A DNA stretch of 64,000 bases from Candidatus Poribacteria bacterium (GCA_965197475.1 CBDANF010000002.1:896001-960000); one strand, 5' to 3'. Shown: positions 18,453 through 28,657, counted from the first letter of the stretch. Program-made: numbers and translations. Notes: a model not told the origin generated them from the sequence alone.

Positions 18453-19751
18453 ATGATTCCTATGAAAAATCTGATTATTTCAAGCCTATTGCTTTTGGTG
18501 TTTACGTCACTGTGTTTAACAGGTTGTGGCGGTCAACACAGCCAATTCATGGAGAGCGCACAAGCAAATTATCGAGTTAAAGATTATGATGCTGCCTTAC
18601 GCGATACAGTAATGGCGTTGCAGTATAAGCCAAATTATGAGAAAGCACAGATTTACGTCAAAGCATTTTTCGACACCGCAGTGCAAGTTCATCAAGGCAG
18701 AATAAAAGCTCTTGAAACCACTTCGGACAAATTCAGGTGGGACCAGATCGTGGCAGAGTATGATGGTCTTATCGAAATCAACAGACTGGTGAGCAGTTTA
18801 CCGCCCTTGAAGCGTAAAAAGACCTCGGAACCAATTATTTTTGACATAAAAGATTATACTGCTCAATTTAATGAGGCATTAGAAGAAGCTGCAGCGGCAC
18901 ACTACCAGGAAGGTATTCGCTTGGCTGATTTATCTGATGATCCCGATACTCAGAAGCGCGCGGCGAAAGAATTCAAAATGGTTGAAGAATTCGTTATTGG
19001 CTATAAGGATACACAAACTCGGTATGAACAAGCCAGAAGTGCAGGCGTTAAGAGAATCGCAATTTTGACGTTTGAGGACAAAAGTGGGAGAAGACGTGCT
19101 TATGGTGCGATTTCAGAGACAATCACCGACAATATCATTGGTAGTCTCCTGAACGACCCAGAATCGACTGAATTCCTGACAATTGTCTCTCGAAATCACC
19201 TTGAACAGGTTATTGCGGAACAAGACTTAAATTTTGCAGGCCTGCTTGATAGGCGCACAGTTGCAAGTTTAGGCAAGGTACTCGGTGTACACGAAATAGT
19301 GGTCGGACAAATTACCCAAATTATCTACATACCTCCAGATATCAAAAGGACAACATTAAATCGTGAAAGAACAGAAAATAAGAAGACAGGAACAGTAAAA
19401 TACGTTGGTAAAAATGGCAAAACCAAAACCAGACCGAAGTATTCTGATGTGACTGTCACTGCGAAACTCCTACATTATGAACTGAAATCTTCTGTCTCAA
19501 TTATCGGTTCCTACAAAATCCTTGACGCGCAAACCGCTGAACTTAAGAAAGCAGATAACTTTACCACAAAGCATGAATTCATATCGGAGTGGGCGAGTTT
19601 TATAGGGAACGAAGACGCGTTAACCAGAAATGACCTGATTCTTGTTGACCGCGATAAAGAAAATGCACCTATTGAAAAGGTTATGGTGCTTGAAGCGTCA
19701 AATAAACTGTCTCATGAACTTGCAGAAGCACTAAAAACGTACGTGCGATAA
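18453..19751 (+). CDS. Lipoprotein with TPR-like helices and CsgG/HfaB-like domain
   Basis: Lipobox LTGC; KRIAILTFED...IVSRNHLEQVIAEQ...LGKVLGVHEIVVGQI pattern. Confidence 0.7.
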   Translation: MIPMKNLIISSLLLLVFTSLCLTGCGGQHSQFMESAQANYRVKDYDAALRDTVMALQYKPNYEKAQIYVKAFFDTAVQVHQGRIKALETTSDKFRWDQIVAEYDGLIEINRLVSSLPPLKRKKTSEPIIFDIKDYTAQFNEALEEAAAAHYQEGIRLADLSDDPDTQKRAAKEFKMVEEFVIGYKDTQTRYEQARSAGVKRIAILTFEDKSGRRRAYGAISETITDNIIGSLLNDPESTEFLTIVSRNHLEQVIAEQDLNFAGLLDRRTVASLGKVLGVHEIVVGQITQIIYIPPDIKRTTLNRERTENKKTGTVKYVGKNGKTKTRPKYSDVTVTAKLLHYELKSSVSIIGSYKILDAQTAELKKADNFTTKHEFISEWASFIGNEDALTRNDLILVDRDKENAPIEKVMVLEASNKLSHELAEALKTYVR

Positions 19752-19950
19752 TTCCAGGCAATCTTATGCCATGTTGCAGGCGATTGTTTCGTGAGTTTTG
19801 TAAATGTCAAATCATGCCGATTGTGAAGCGCATATTCGGTGGTGATTCGTTCAATAAAAGTCCTTGACATCCCAATACTGAATGCCTCAGGTAACACTTC
19901 AATTCGAACTTTTTCCAAAAACTTTACCCACCCACACCAAAAATCAATTG

Positions 19951-19979
19951 TTGACAAAATATATGAATAAAAATATAAT
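19951..19979 (+). promoter_or_regulatory. Consensus sigma70 promoter
   Basis: TTGACA-17bp-TATAAT upstream of the ATG at 20046. Confidence 0.75.
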
Positions 19980-20045
19980 TGACATTGAAAGTGCCTTACA
20001 TAGTCCAGCAAGCCACGACTCATCATTTGCTCAAGGAATTTCTTT

Positions 20046-22469
20046 ATGTCAATCAGGATATTACTCGTTCTTCTCGTTATCACTCTCATCTCCATAACAC
20101 CTGTAACAGCACAGGAGTCTTCTGACAACGGAACAGCCACGCTCCCTGCCTCCGATTATTTCGATCACATCACCGTATTCTCTGATGGCAGAATCACCCG
20201 CTTTACACAGACGCCGATCAAGGTGTATATTTCGCCAGTAATAAAAGAGAGTCCGTACTTACCAGAACTTCGCCACGCGATGCGCGAATGGGAAACTGCA
20301 GTTGAAGGACTGATCCGATTTCAGGAAACTGATATACCTGTGAACGCAGACATCCGTGTTAGTTGGGGATACAGTAGCCTAATGGATATTCATGACACTC
20401 GACTCGGTAGCGCGCGGTTAAGACGTTTACAGGACAAAACGAAATCATTTCCCTATCCAACCGAATATGCCAGCACAGATGAACAGACTCAGCAGGATTC
20501 AATCAATGACAAACAGACAGCAGCTAACACTAATAACATTAGAGTAGAAATAATCCTTATGCTGGAAGGTGATAAAACCATCACAGAACTATCCCAAAAG
20601 GAGATGCGGACGGTGTGCCTACACGAGTTTGGACATGCACTTGGGTTGTGGGGGCACAGTCCGCACCCTGGTGATATCTGTTATCCCACTGCAACAACAC
20701 AACGTCTGACACAGCGCGATATCAACACACTACGTAAGCTCTATGATACACCGGTTGACACACCACAACACAATATCGCTATCAATGCTTTGAAAACCGA
20801 GATTTCGCTGGAACCGAGAGAGCATTATCCCCACTACTTACTGGGTGCTGTCTACTTTGACAAAGGCGATATGGAAGCCGCAATTGGTAGTTTTAAGGAT
20901 TGCCTCCAATTAAATGAAAATTTCCAACCCGCCATTGAAAAACTTCTACTGGCTTATGAAGAAACCGGACAGTTAGGGACAGCGATTAATCTGCTTGAAA
21001 GGAGGGTCAGCGAAAAACCCTCGGCCGCAGACTATAACACCCTCGGCATTCACTACTACCGTCAAGGCGAAGTCAATAGAGCCATAGATGTGTTTAAAAG
21101 TGCCGTTCAACTTGGACCTTATCACAAAGCCGCAAAACATAACCTACACCAACTTTTCAGAGAAAAGGCACTCCAAGCTTTGAATGCTAAAGACTTCGAA
21201 TCGGCAATGGCAACTTTTGAAAAAATAATAAAACTTAACCCGTTGGATTCAACGACATATATGTTGATGGGAGATGGGTTTTTACGTGCCGAACGCTACA
21301 CAACAGCCATCCAACACTATCAAAATGCACTTGAATTGAATCCTGTTAGCAGATTAGCCAAACGAGGTCTTGCTCGATGTTATAATAACTATGGGGTTAC
21401 TCTCAGAAATAGTGAACAATGGGATGACGCAATCACCATCTACCGCAAGGCTTTGGAAATACAACCGACATTCCATATTGCACGTGCAAATTTGAGCGAC
21501 GCGTTTTGGCAGAGAGCAAACGCCTATCGAAAATCGGGCCAAGTGGATAAGGCTATCAACGCTTATCTTGAATTGCAAAAACTTCAGCCAAAAGACAATC
21601 AAATCTCCAGTTTGCTTGGCGAATTATACCTCAAGAAACGTAATTTTTCAGCTGCTGTATCTGCTTTTCAAAAGGTTTACATGACAGAACCTGATGCGCC
21701 TCAAGCGCAACATAACCTGATAGCAGCGTATCATCAATCCGCGCAGCACCTCATAGACAGGAAAGATTACCAATCCGCTATTGAATTACTTCAGAAGGCA
21801 GTGGAATTTGTCCCGACTGCATCTAATCTCCGTGTAAGTTTAGCACAGGCATATCAAAACATAGGAAATTATCAGCGCGCCGAAGCTGAGCTTGCACATG
21901 TTTTAAAGGGCGAACCCGACAATCACCCAGCAACAACGGAACAGATTAACCTCTACATTCGTCGCGGAAACACTTTTGTGCAGCAGAAGAATTATCCTGC
22001 CGCGCTCACACAATTCACCGTAATTCCTGACAGTGAAAGAGATATCGTTATTGACAACATCATCGGTTACCTATATCTTGTTCAGGGAAAATTTCCAGAA
22101 GCTTTGACAGCATTTGAAAAAGTTGTTGCTCAAAATCCGCGCAATATATCTACATACTTAAATCTGGTTTCGCTTGAATCGCAACTTGCCAACCGCCTTT
22201 TTGAAAAGAACAAAACGGATAAACTGATCCGAACGCGATGTGTTCTTGCTATCTGCTTACTGCACCAGAATCAATATGACGTTGCGCTTTCTAAATACAA
22301 ACAAGCAAAAGATAGCAAATCAGAAAAACATCAGCAGATTCTATTTAACACGGGAATAAAATTGGCACGAGGTTTTGAAGCACAGAACGATACGGAGCGA
22401 AGTGCTACAATTCTCCGTTGGCTTAGAGAAATAAACCAAAACTTCAATGGGGTGCTTGATGACCGTTAG
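20046..22469 (+). CDS. Secreted matrixin (M10-like) zinc metalloprotease with long TPR array
   Basis: Signal peptide; HEFGHALGLWGHS zinc motif; multiple TPRs. Confidence 0.85.
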   Translation: MSIRILLVLLVITLISITPVTAQESSDNGTATLPASDYFDHITVFSDGRITRFTQTPIKVYISPVIKESPYLPELRHAMREWETAVEGLIRFQETDIPVNADIRVSWGYSSLMDIHDTRLGSARLRRLQDKTKSFPYPTEYASTDEQTQQDSINDKQTAANTNNIRVEIILMLEGDKTITELSQKEMRTVCLHEFGHALGLWGHSPHPGDICYPTATTQRLTQRDINTLRKLYDTPVDTPQHNIAINALKTEISLEPREHYPHYLLGAVYFDKGDMEAAIGSFKDCLQLNENFQPAIEKLLLAYEETGQLGTAINLLERRVSEKPSAADYNTLGIHYYRQGEVNRAIDVFKSAVQLGPYHKAAKHNLHQLFREKALQALNAKDFESAMATFEKIIKLNPLDSTTYMLMGDGFLRAERYTTAIQHYQNALELNPVSRLAKRGLARCYNNYGVTLRNSEQWDDAITIYRKALEIQPTFHIARANLSDAFWQRANAYRKSGQVDKAINAYLELQKLQPKDNQISSLLGELYLKKRNFSAAVSAFQKVYMTEPDAPQAQHNLIAAYHQSAQHLIDRKDYQSAIELLQKAVEFVPTASNLRVSLAQAYQNIGNYQRAEAELAHVLKGEPDNHPATTEQINLYIRRGNTFVQQKNYPAALTQFTVIPDSERDIVIDNIIGYLYLVQGKFPEALTAFEKVVAQNPRNISTYLNLVSLESQLANRLFEKNKTDKLIRTRCVLAICLLHQNQYDVALSKYKQAKDSKSEKHQQILFNTGIKLARGFEAQNDTERSATILRWLREINQNFNGVLDDR

Positions 22470-22532
22470 AGGGCAATTTCTTGTGGGAAGGATTTCAAAT
22501 TTGCGAAGATTTTGAACCTAAATAATTGTCAC

Positions 22533-22560
22533 AAAAAAGGTCGGGTGTGTTCACCCGACC
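22533..22560 (-). terminator. Rho-independent terminator
   Basis: GGTCGGGTG-4nt-CACCCGACC stem followed by a T-run on the minus strand, just after the 22582 stop. Confidence 0.75.
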
Positions 22561-22581
22561 TGATTTACTGTCTTCAAAACA

Positions 22582-23136
22582 TTATTGCGTGGGACGCTGA
22601 CCGCGTTGTCCGCCTTGTCCTTGGCCGCCACGAAATCTGTTTCGGCGTTCCTGTTCGGCTGCAGTACGTTTCTTCATCAACTCAGTCAGTTTCGTCAACT
22701 CCTCTTTAGTCAATACCTCTTTGAGCCCCAAATGAAGTTCTTTGATGGCAGCTGTGGAAAAAGTTTGTATCTCTGTCCTAGCTGCTCGCATATCACCGGA
22801 TGCCATAATCTCTTTCATTTTCATTTCAATTTTATCGCGAGTGGCCTGATGGATAGATCGTGCTTTCACGAGTGTTTCATCATTAACTTTCACTTGAAAC
22901 GTCAAATCGAGCCATGAATTATCAACAAAGGAAGCTGGATTAAACATCCTCATCATGTCTCTTGCGCGGTCACCGCCAGGGCGTTCACCACGTTGACCTT
23001 GTTCGGGCTGTGCGTCACGATCAGGGCGTTGTGCCGAAGTTGCATGTTCAAAAACTAAAAGACTAACGACTGCGATAAGTGCGATTGCGCTGAGTACGAA
23101 AAATTTATGTTTCATTTCTTTCTCCTTAAAATGCAT
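22582..23136 (-). CDS. Secreted helical hypothetical protein (Spy/CpxP-like composition); start may be ~23115
   Basis: Signal peptide, Gly/Arg-rich termini, helical charged core; followed by a terminator. Confidence 0.6.
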   Translation of the reverse strand: MHFKEKEMKHKFFVLSAIALIAVVSLLVFEHATSAQRPDRDAQPEQGQRGERPGGDRARDMMRMFNPASFVDNSWLDLTFQVKVNDETLVKARSIHQATRDKIEMKMKEIMASGDMRAARTEIQTFSTAAIKELHLGLKEVLTKEELTKLTELMKKRTAAEQERRNRFRGGQGQGGQRGQRPTQ

Positions 23137-23295
23137 AATACATTATTGAACATCAACAATTCGTTTCCGAATGAATGTTCCTATTGGTTTCATTTGTTTA
23201 GTCAAACCTACTCAAAAAAGGTTCGTTTTTAATTTACCATTAACCGAAATCCCGATGTTTAAAGCAGGTTCCTGCCCTTATTCAAAATGAATTTG

Positions 23296-23517
23296 TTATT
23301 CATCTTTCTGATCTGCGTTCTCCACATTTAGCAGTGGGTCTTCTTTTGTAAGCTCACCATTTGGGAGTTCATAGTAGAGATGTCCGTTAAAATCATACAC
23401 ATTCGGAATGCCTTTTTTGCGGTTTTCTTCTTGCGCTCGTTTAGCAGCACGATTACCAATCCGTAAGAGTTCCCTTACTTGTTTGTAGTTTTCAAGGTTT
23501 AGTTCGTCTTGATGCAT
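23296..23517 (-). CDS. Small partner protein of zeta-toxin-like ATPase
   Basis: Overlaps the upstream stop; GNRAAKRAQEENRKKGIPNVY pattern typical of genes downstream of this ATPase family. Confidence 0.6.
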   Translation of the reverse strand: MHQDELNLENYKQVRELLRIGNRAAKRAQEENRKKGIPNVYDFNGHLYYELPNGELTKEDPLLNVENADQKDE

Positions 23518-24206
23518 TATGTGCCTCCATTGTTAATGTTTTCCATAAATAGGTCAAAGAAAACCTCATTTGCTACCGTGAACCGGTTGCCTTTACCAGA
23601 AGCAGCTTCCTGAAAATGCTCTCCAGAATTATAAAACAGATACCATCGGTCAACCTGATTTTTGTAGATGTGCCAGAAGTTATACTTGCTCCGATAGAAT
23701 CGTCTCACAATGTCCTCCGTTGGCACATCGTGTCCGCCTGCCCTTACCCTATTTCGCACGCGAGCAATACACGTTTCTGGTGACTTAAGAAAAAGAAATA
23801 TAATTGTAACTGTATACCCGGCGCGCCTCAATTGAGAGATAATTTTCTGAAACCCTCTACCTGCGAGTGTTACTTCAACGACAAAATCCTTTTCTGTTTG
23901 GATGAGGCGGTAGATTTCGTCAAAAAATTGGCGACCCGCTTGGATCTTGACTTTGTTGAACGCCTTTGGTGTAGACACAAGCCTTTCCGCTATAGCGTCG
24001 GCACTGAGATATTCAAAATTCTCTGAGTCATGAAGAAATTCAGACGCAAATGTTGTTTTACCAGATCCGTTTGGACCAGCGATGATCATGACATTTTTTA
24101 ACAAGAGTTCCTCCAGTTTCCCGATATTAATCCTGCTTTCTGTAAGAGCAGTGCTTCTTTGAAATGTAAGTGACATAAATTTTCGCTGATCGTTTATCTT
24201 TTGCAT
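23517..24206 (-). CDS. Zeta-toxin-like / AAA_33 P-loop ATPase
   Basis: IIAGPNGSGKTT; RVRNRVRAGGHDVP...IVRRF motif; true start probably downstream of the listed one. Confidence 0.8.
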   Translation of the reverse strand: MQKINDQRKFMSLTFQRSTALTESRINIGKLEELLLKNVMIIAGPNGSGKTTFASEFLHDSENFEYLSADAIAERLVSTPKAFNKVKIQAGRQFFDEIYRLIQTEKDFVVEVTLAGRGFQKIISQLRRAGYTVTIIFLFLKSPETCIARVRNRVRAGGHDVPTEDIVRRFYRSKYNFWHIYKNQVDRWYLFYNSGEHFQEAASGKGNRFTVANEVFFDLFMENINNGGT

Positions 24207-24287
24207 TATACCAAGTTAACTTATTCCTGCCAATTAAATTCTTAAAGAGTGAAAAACATGACGAACGACCTCAGTAAGATCCGCTTC

Positions 24288-24316
24288 TTGATACTGCACA
24301 TTTTATATGCTATAAT
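24288..24316 (+). promoter_or_regulatory. Putative sigma70 promoter of murB
   Basis: TTGATA-17bp-TATAAT with extended -10 TG. Confidence 0.65.
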
Positions 24317-24337
24317 TGAGAGGAAAGGAAGGACATA

Positions 24338-25246
24338 ATGGATTGGAAAGACGCACTATCGCAAATTGTCACGCAACCCGGCACACGACTCCGGTTTGAT
24401 GAACCACTTGCAAAGCATACCTACTTCGGCATCGGTGGAGAAGCAATTGCTTACATAGAAGTCAGTACCATAGACGAATTAGCAGCATTAGCACGTTTTC
24501 ATCGCAAATGGGAAGTTCCCGTTGCAATTATAGGCAGAGGCGCGAATCTATTGGTGAGCGATAAAGGTTTCAAAGGAATCGGGGTCGGGTTAGTTGGAGA
24601 ATTAGCAACACTGGAGGTAGACGGGAACGTTGTTACCGTTGGTGCGGGGCATCCACTGCCGAGTCTCTCCAAAGTAATGTCAAAAAGTGGATTAAGCGGT
24701 GTTGAATTTGCGCTCGGTATCCCTGGTACTGTCGGTGGCGCGCTTATTATGAACGCAGGTGCATGGGGGAGTAGTTTCGGAGATGTTGTCACGGATGTTA
24801 CCGTAATGCGTGATACCGGTGAACTCGTGACGTTAACCCATGACGAAGCAAACTTTGAATATCGGCACAGCGGACTGGATGCCTATTTCTGCGTTGTAGG
24901 TGCTACACTCAAGCTTCAACCTGGGAATGTAGACACAATTACAGCACGGATGAATACCTTCTTCAAACAGAAAATCGCAACACAACCCTTCGCTGAAGAG
25001 AATGCAGGATGTATGTTTAAAAATCCGCCTGGCGATTCTGCCGGACGACTCATAGATGTCAGTGGTTTGAAGGGGTATCGTATCGGTGGGGCAGAGGTAT
25101 CCACGGTACACGGCAATTTTATCCTAAATATTGACAACGCTACGGCGGCAGATGTTTTAAACTTAATAGCGCATATCCAAAAGCAGGTCCGCAAAAAGAC
25201 AGGAATCTCGCTCCAAACAGAGGTAAAACGTTTAGGTTTTGACTAA
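24338..25246 (+). CDS. murB: UDP-N-acetylenolpyruvoylglucosamine reductase
   Basis: HTYFGIGG, GIPGTVGGALIMNAGA, FEYRHS, NAGCMFKNP, HGNFILN and LQTEV motifs. Confidence 0.95.
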   Translation: MDWKDALSQIVTQPGTRLRFDEPLAKHTYFGIGGEAIAYIEVSTIDELAALARFHRKWEVPVAIIGRGANLLVSDKGFKGIGVGLVGELATLEVDGNVVTVGAGHPLPSLSKVMSKSGLSGVEFALGIPGTVGGALIMNAGAWGSSFGDVVTDVTVMRDTGELVTLTHDEANFEYRHSGLDAYFCVVGATLKLQPGNVDTITARMNTFFKQKIATQPFAEENAGCMFKNPPGDSAGRLIDVSGLKGYRIGGAEVSTVHGNFILNIDNATAADVLNLIAHIQKQVRKKTGISLQTEVKRLGFD

Positions 25247-25298
25247 GGGAGTTGAGATGCTTCATCAGATAACTGATTCACGACAAGAATGAGAACTC

Positions 25299-25483
25299 AT
25301 ACTAAATTAACTCGATTCGTAGCGCGAAGTCTCTGGGTTCTCCTCACACTGCTGACTTTATCAGAAAACTTCAAATCCCGTTAATTTGGTATAATCCCGA
25401 ATTAGTTTGAATTGTAGTGCGAGGTCCCCGTGCCTCGCAATGCTAACTTTATCGGAAAACTTTGAATCCCGTTAATTTGGTAT
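25299..25483. repeat. Two tandem ~90-bp MITE-like units (25299-25393, 25394-25483)
   Basis: Ends ATAC(C/T)AAATTAAC ... GTTAATTTGGTAT (left end degenerate in the second unit); internal GTAG-led hairpin. Confidence 0.75.
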
Positions 25484-25560
25484 TATTGGTGGGTATGTGG
25501 ATCATGGATGGAATAGTTAATGAGCGGCAACCAATTGCCAATCTATTTCAGGAGGATATC

Positions 25561-25848
25561 ATGCAAGAATCAACTGTTTACCAAAATATAATCAGAAAAG
25601 GCAGAGTAGAAGGTTTTGAGCAAGGCATAAGACAAGGTCTTGAACAAGGAGAGCGGAAAAACACCATTGAAAGCATTCTGGAACTCCTTAACATTCGTTT
25701 TCAAGACAGCACAACAGAAACCTTAGAGACTACGATTGAAGGTATTGACGATCTGACACGTCTCAAACAGTTGCGTCGCGCGGCAGCACAGGTGCAAACT
25801 TTGGCAGCATTCATACGTACACTTGAAAACGGTGACGAATCAGTCTAA
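25561..25848 (+). CDS. Rpn-family C-terminal domain only (DUF4351-like, RpnS-like)
   Basis: MQESTVYQNIIRKGRVEGFEQGIRQGLEQG...LLNIRF; AGGAGG RBS before ATG 25561; upstream nuclease domain absent. Confidence 0.7.
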   Translation: MQESTVYQNIIRKGRVEGFEQGIRQGLEQGERKNTIESILELLNIRFQDSTTETLETTIEGIDDLTRLKQLRRAAAQVQTLAAFIRTLENGDESV

Positions 25849-26033
25849 TACCAAATTAACTTGATCCCACTCGGTAGGCGCGCTTTGTAAGCACGCAGTC
25901 TGCCCAGAAAAATAAGACTAATCCCATTAATTTGGTATAATACCCAATTAACCCGATTTGTAGCGCGAGGTCTCTGGGTCCTCGTCGCAATGTCGACTTT
26001 ATCTGAAGACATCGAATCAGGTTAATTTGGTAT
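25848..26033. repeat. Two tandem ~90-bp MITE-like units (25848-25938, 25940-26033)
   Basis: Same 13-bp terminal inverted repeats; internal GTAGGCGCG and GTAGCGCGAGG hairpins. Confidence 0.8.
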
Positions 26034-26062
26034 AACCTGGATAAGCAGATTTTCTGTACAGC

Positions 26063-27256
26063 TTAAGGCCGGATAACCGTACCGTCCATCCTCCGCACTG
26101 GTGCCCAACCGCCGTTGAGTGGATGTTCTGGAAACGGGAATCGTGCCGCGAGTTCCTCGTTGACATCAATGCCGAGTCCCGGTGCTTCATTCGCCCAATA
26201 ACAACCATCCCTAATTTCTGGACAACCCGGGAAAACCTCTTTTGTGTTTTCACCGAAGACATGCTGCTCCTGAATCCCGAAGTTATAACACGCTAAATCC
26301 AAAGCGACGTTGGCGGCATGCCCAATGGGTGAAACATCACCTGGTCCGTGCCATGCGGTACGCACGCCGAAGAATTCACAGAGTGAAGCAAGTTTCCGCG
26401 CGGGACTAATACCACCAATCTGTGAAATATGCACCCGAATAAAATCTATAAGACGGTCTTTGATAAGATGAACATACTCATTTGGATTGTTAAACAGTTC
26501 TCCCATTGCAATTGGGATGCTTGTCTGTTGGCGCATCAGTTGGAAATAATCAACATCCTCCGGTGCAAACGGATCTTCAAGGAAAAAGAGATTATACGGT
26601 TCCAACCCTTTGGCAAGATTAATCGCTTGGATCGGCGGTATCCGTTCATGCACATCGTGCAGAAGTTCTACCTCATCACCTAACTTCGTCCGTAGATGAT
26701 CAAAAAGTTTAATGACCGTGTTGACATACGGTGTCGGTTCAAAAGCAGGGGAACTCCGCTTTCCGCCCCCTGCACCATAAGTAGAATAGCCGGAAATTGC
26801 AACTTGCGCGCGCACATAGCGATACCCTTGTTCCATATACCGCCTGACGCTGTTCTCTACATCCTCAAAACTTCCACCGCCTGCGTGTGCATAAAGCGTT
26901 GCTGCCTCACGACACTTACCGCCAAGCAGTTGGTAGACAGGCATGTTCGCTCTTTTGCCCATGATGTCCCACAGCGCAATATCCACACCGCTCAATGCGT
27001 TGTTCAGCACCGGTCCGTTTCGCCAATATGAACTGACAAAACTGGTCTGGAAAATATCCTCTATGTTGGTAGGGTCTTTTCCTATCAGAAAGGGTTTTAG
27101 GTATTCATCAACAGCGGTTGCCACGGCAAGCGGACGCTGGGTAAACGTAGCGCAACCCACTCCGTATAAACCGGGATCACTTGTTTCAATCTTCACAACG
27201 ACAAGACGTATCCCATCGGGTGCTGTTAGTATGGTTTTGACATCTGTTATTTTCAA
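26063..27256 (-). CDS. Enolase-superfamily acid-sugar dehydratase (RspA/ManD-like)
   Basis: GVGCATFTQR, YWRNGPV, LLHDVHER, FFLEDP, AMGELF and TAWHGPGD motifs. Confidence 0.9.
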   Translation of the reverse strand: MKITDVKTILTAPDGIRLVVVKIETSDPGLYGVGCATFTQRPLAVATAVDEYLKPFLIGKDPTNIEDIFQTSFVSSYWRNGPVLNNALSGVDIALWDIMGKRANMPVYQLLGGKCREAATLYAHAGGGSFEDVENSVRRYMEQGYRYVRAQVAISGYSTYGAGGGKRSSPAFEPTPYVNTVIKLFDHLRTKLGDEVELLHDVHERIPPIQAINLAKGLEPYNLFFLEDPFAPEDVDYFQLMRQQTSIPIAMGELFNNPNEYVHLIKDRLIDFIRVHISQIGGISPARKLASLCEFFGVRTAWHGPGDVSPIGHAANVALDLACYNFGIQEQHVFGENTKEVFPGCPEIRDGCYWANEAPGLGIDVNEELAARFPFPEHPLNGGWAPVRRMDGTVIRP

Positions 27257-27494
27257 AGTGGAGGCTCTCCTATTTTCTTGATAGTGAAAGTTCTATGTTC
27301 AGCAGCATTACCATCTTTTGAAACTTCATTGATAAATTTACCAAACTGAACATGACTTGTCAAGCGAAACCTTTTGCTTGACCTTTTTTGGGCAAATATG
27401 GTACTATTTTGATAAGCAAATTGTAGTGGTTCTGTTGAAGGTTTTTTCCGGACACTGTAATGGCATTTATTGATAGCATAAGGTATATCGCACA

Positions 27495-28347
27495 ATGACA
27501 GAAATAAACACAAACCTCTATCTTGGGGATTGCATAGAGGTACTTGCCGATTTTGACACCGAATTCATTTGACCTGATTGTGACCTCTCCTCCGTATGCG
27601 GACCACCGATCTAAAACTTATGGAGGAATCAAACCCAATGAATATGTGGATTGGTTTATGCCTCGCGCTGAACAATTTTTAAGGGTCCTCAAGCCATCCG
27701 GCACATTCATCTTCAACATTAAAGAGAAAGCCGTTAACGGAGAACGACATACTTATGTTATTGAATTGATCCTTGAAATGAAAAAACAGGGATGGCTGTG
27801 GACAGAGGAGTTTATCTGGCACAAGAAAAACAGTTATCCGGGCAAATGGCCAAACAGATTCAGAGATGCTTGGGAAAGATGTCTACAGTTCAACAAAACG
27901 AAAAAGTTCAATATGTATCAAGAGGCTGTTATGGTGCCAATGGGAGATTGGGCAGAGAAAAGGTTGAAAAATATGAGCAAGACAGATAAAAGTCGGGACA
28001 CGTCGAAAGTGGGTAGCGGGTTCGGTAAAAATGTTTCAAATTGGTTAGACCGAAAAATGGCGTATCCGACGAATGTTTTGCATCTCGCAACGGAGACGGG
28101 AAATCGAAAACATAGTGCTGTTTTTCCAAAGACGTTACCTGAATGGTTTATTAAGCTGTTTACGAAAGAAAATGATTGGGTGCTTGATCCTTTTGCGGGT
28201 TCCGGAACAACATGTCAGGTCGCTCAGAAATTACTAAGAAATTCCGCAGGCATTGAAATTTTGCCACAGTATTATCAGGTCGCAAAGGAAAACATCAAAT
28301 CGACACAATATAAGATTGAATGCCAACAAATAAGGGCAACTATTTGA
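27495..28347 (+). pseudogene. Beta-class N4-C/N6-A DNA methyltransferase with an apparent frameshift near the 5' end
   Basis: ATG 27495 gives MTEINTNLYLGDCIEVL, then a stop. The +1 frame from ~27544 carries DLIVTSPPY, HSAVFP and VLDPFAGSGTT. Confidence 0.7.
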
Positions 28348-28442
28348 AAATGTGCGGACAAAATTTGGCAGTTTATTCTGGTGACGGTAACGTGCTTTGG
28401 GAAGAAATCGTCAAATTTAATTCAGCAGAGAACATATCTTGA
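28329..28442 (+). pseudogene. Deleted remnant of a type II restriction endonuclease (PmeII-like C-terminus)
   Basis: Reads NKGNYLKMCGQ...SGDGNVLWEEIVKFNSAENIS*, resembling the C-terminal motifs of REases that follow this MTase family; recognised from memory. Confidence 0.5.
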
Positions 28443-28657
28443 AAGTCAATTTCAAATCGGAGTACTTTTAAAACCGCTGCTAAGCGAAGGAATCAAAATC
28501 TGCTATACACTAACCCATCCTTCAGCAGCAGACGTGACACAAATCCCTCATCAGTGCTTCCCTCCCACAGAAAAATCAGTTGAATTTTCTGCGTAAATCT
28601 TGTATAATTTCATAATCTAATACACACTAATGCGCTCACAAACTGATATAACAAAAC

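Noticed and set aside
25299-26033. Possible CRISPR array (recurring GTTAATTTGGTAT at ~90-bp spacing)
   Set aside because: Units have terminal inverted repeats and homologous interiors rather than unique spacers, occur dispersed, and no cas genes are present.
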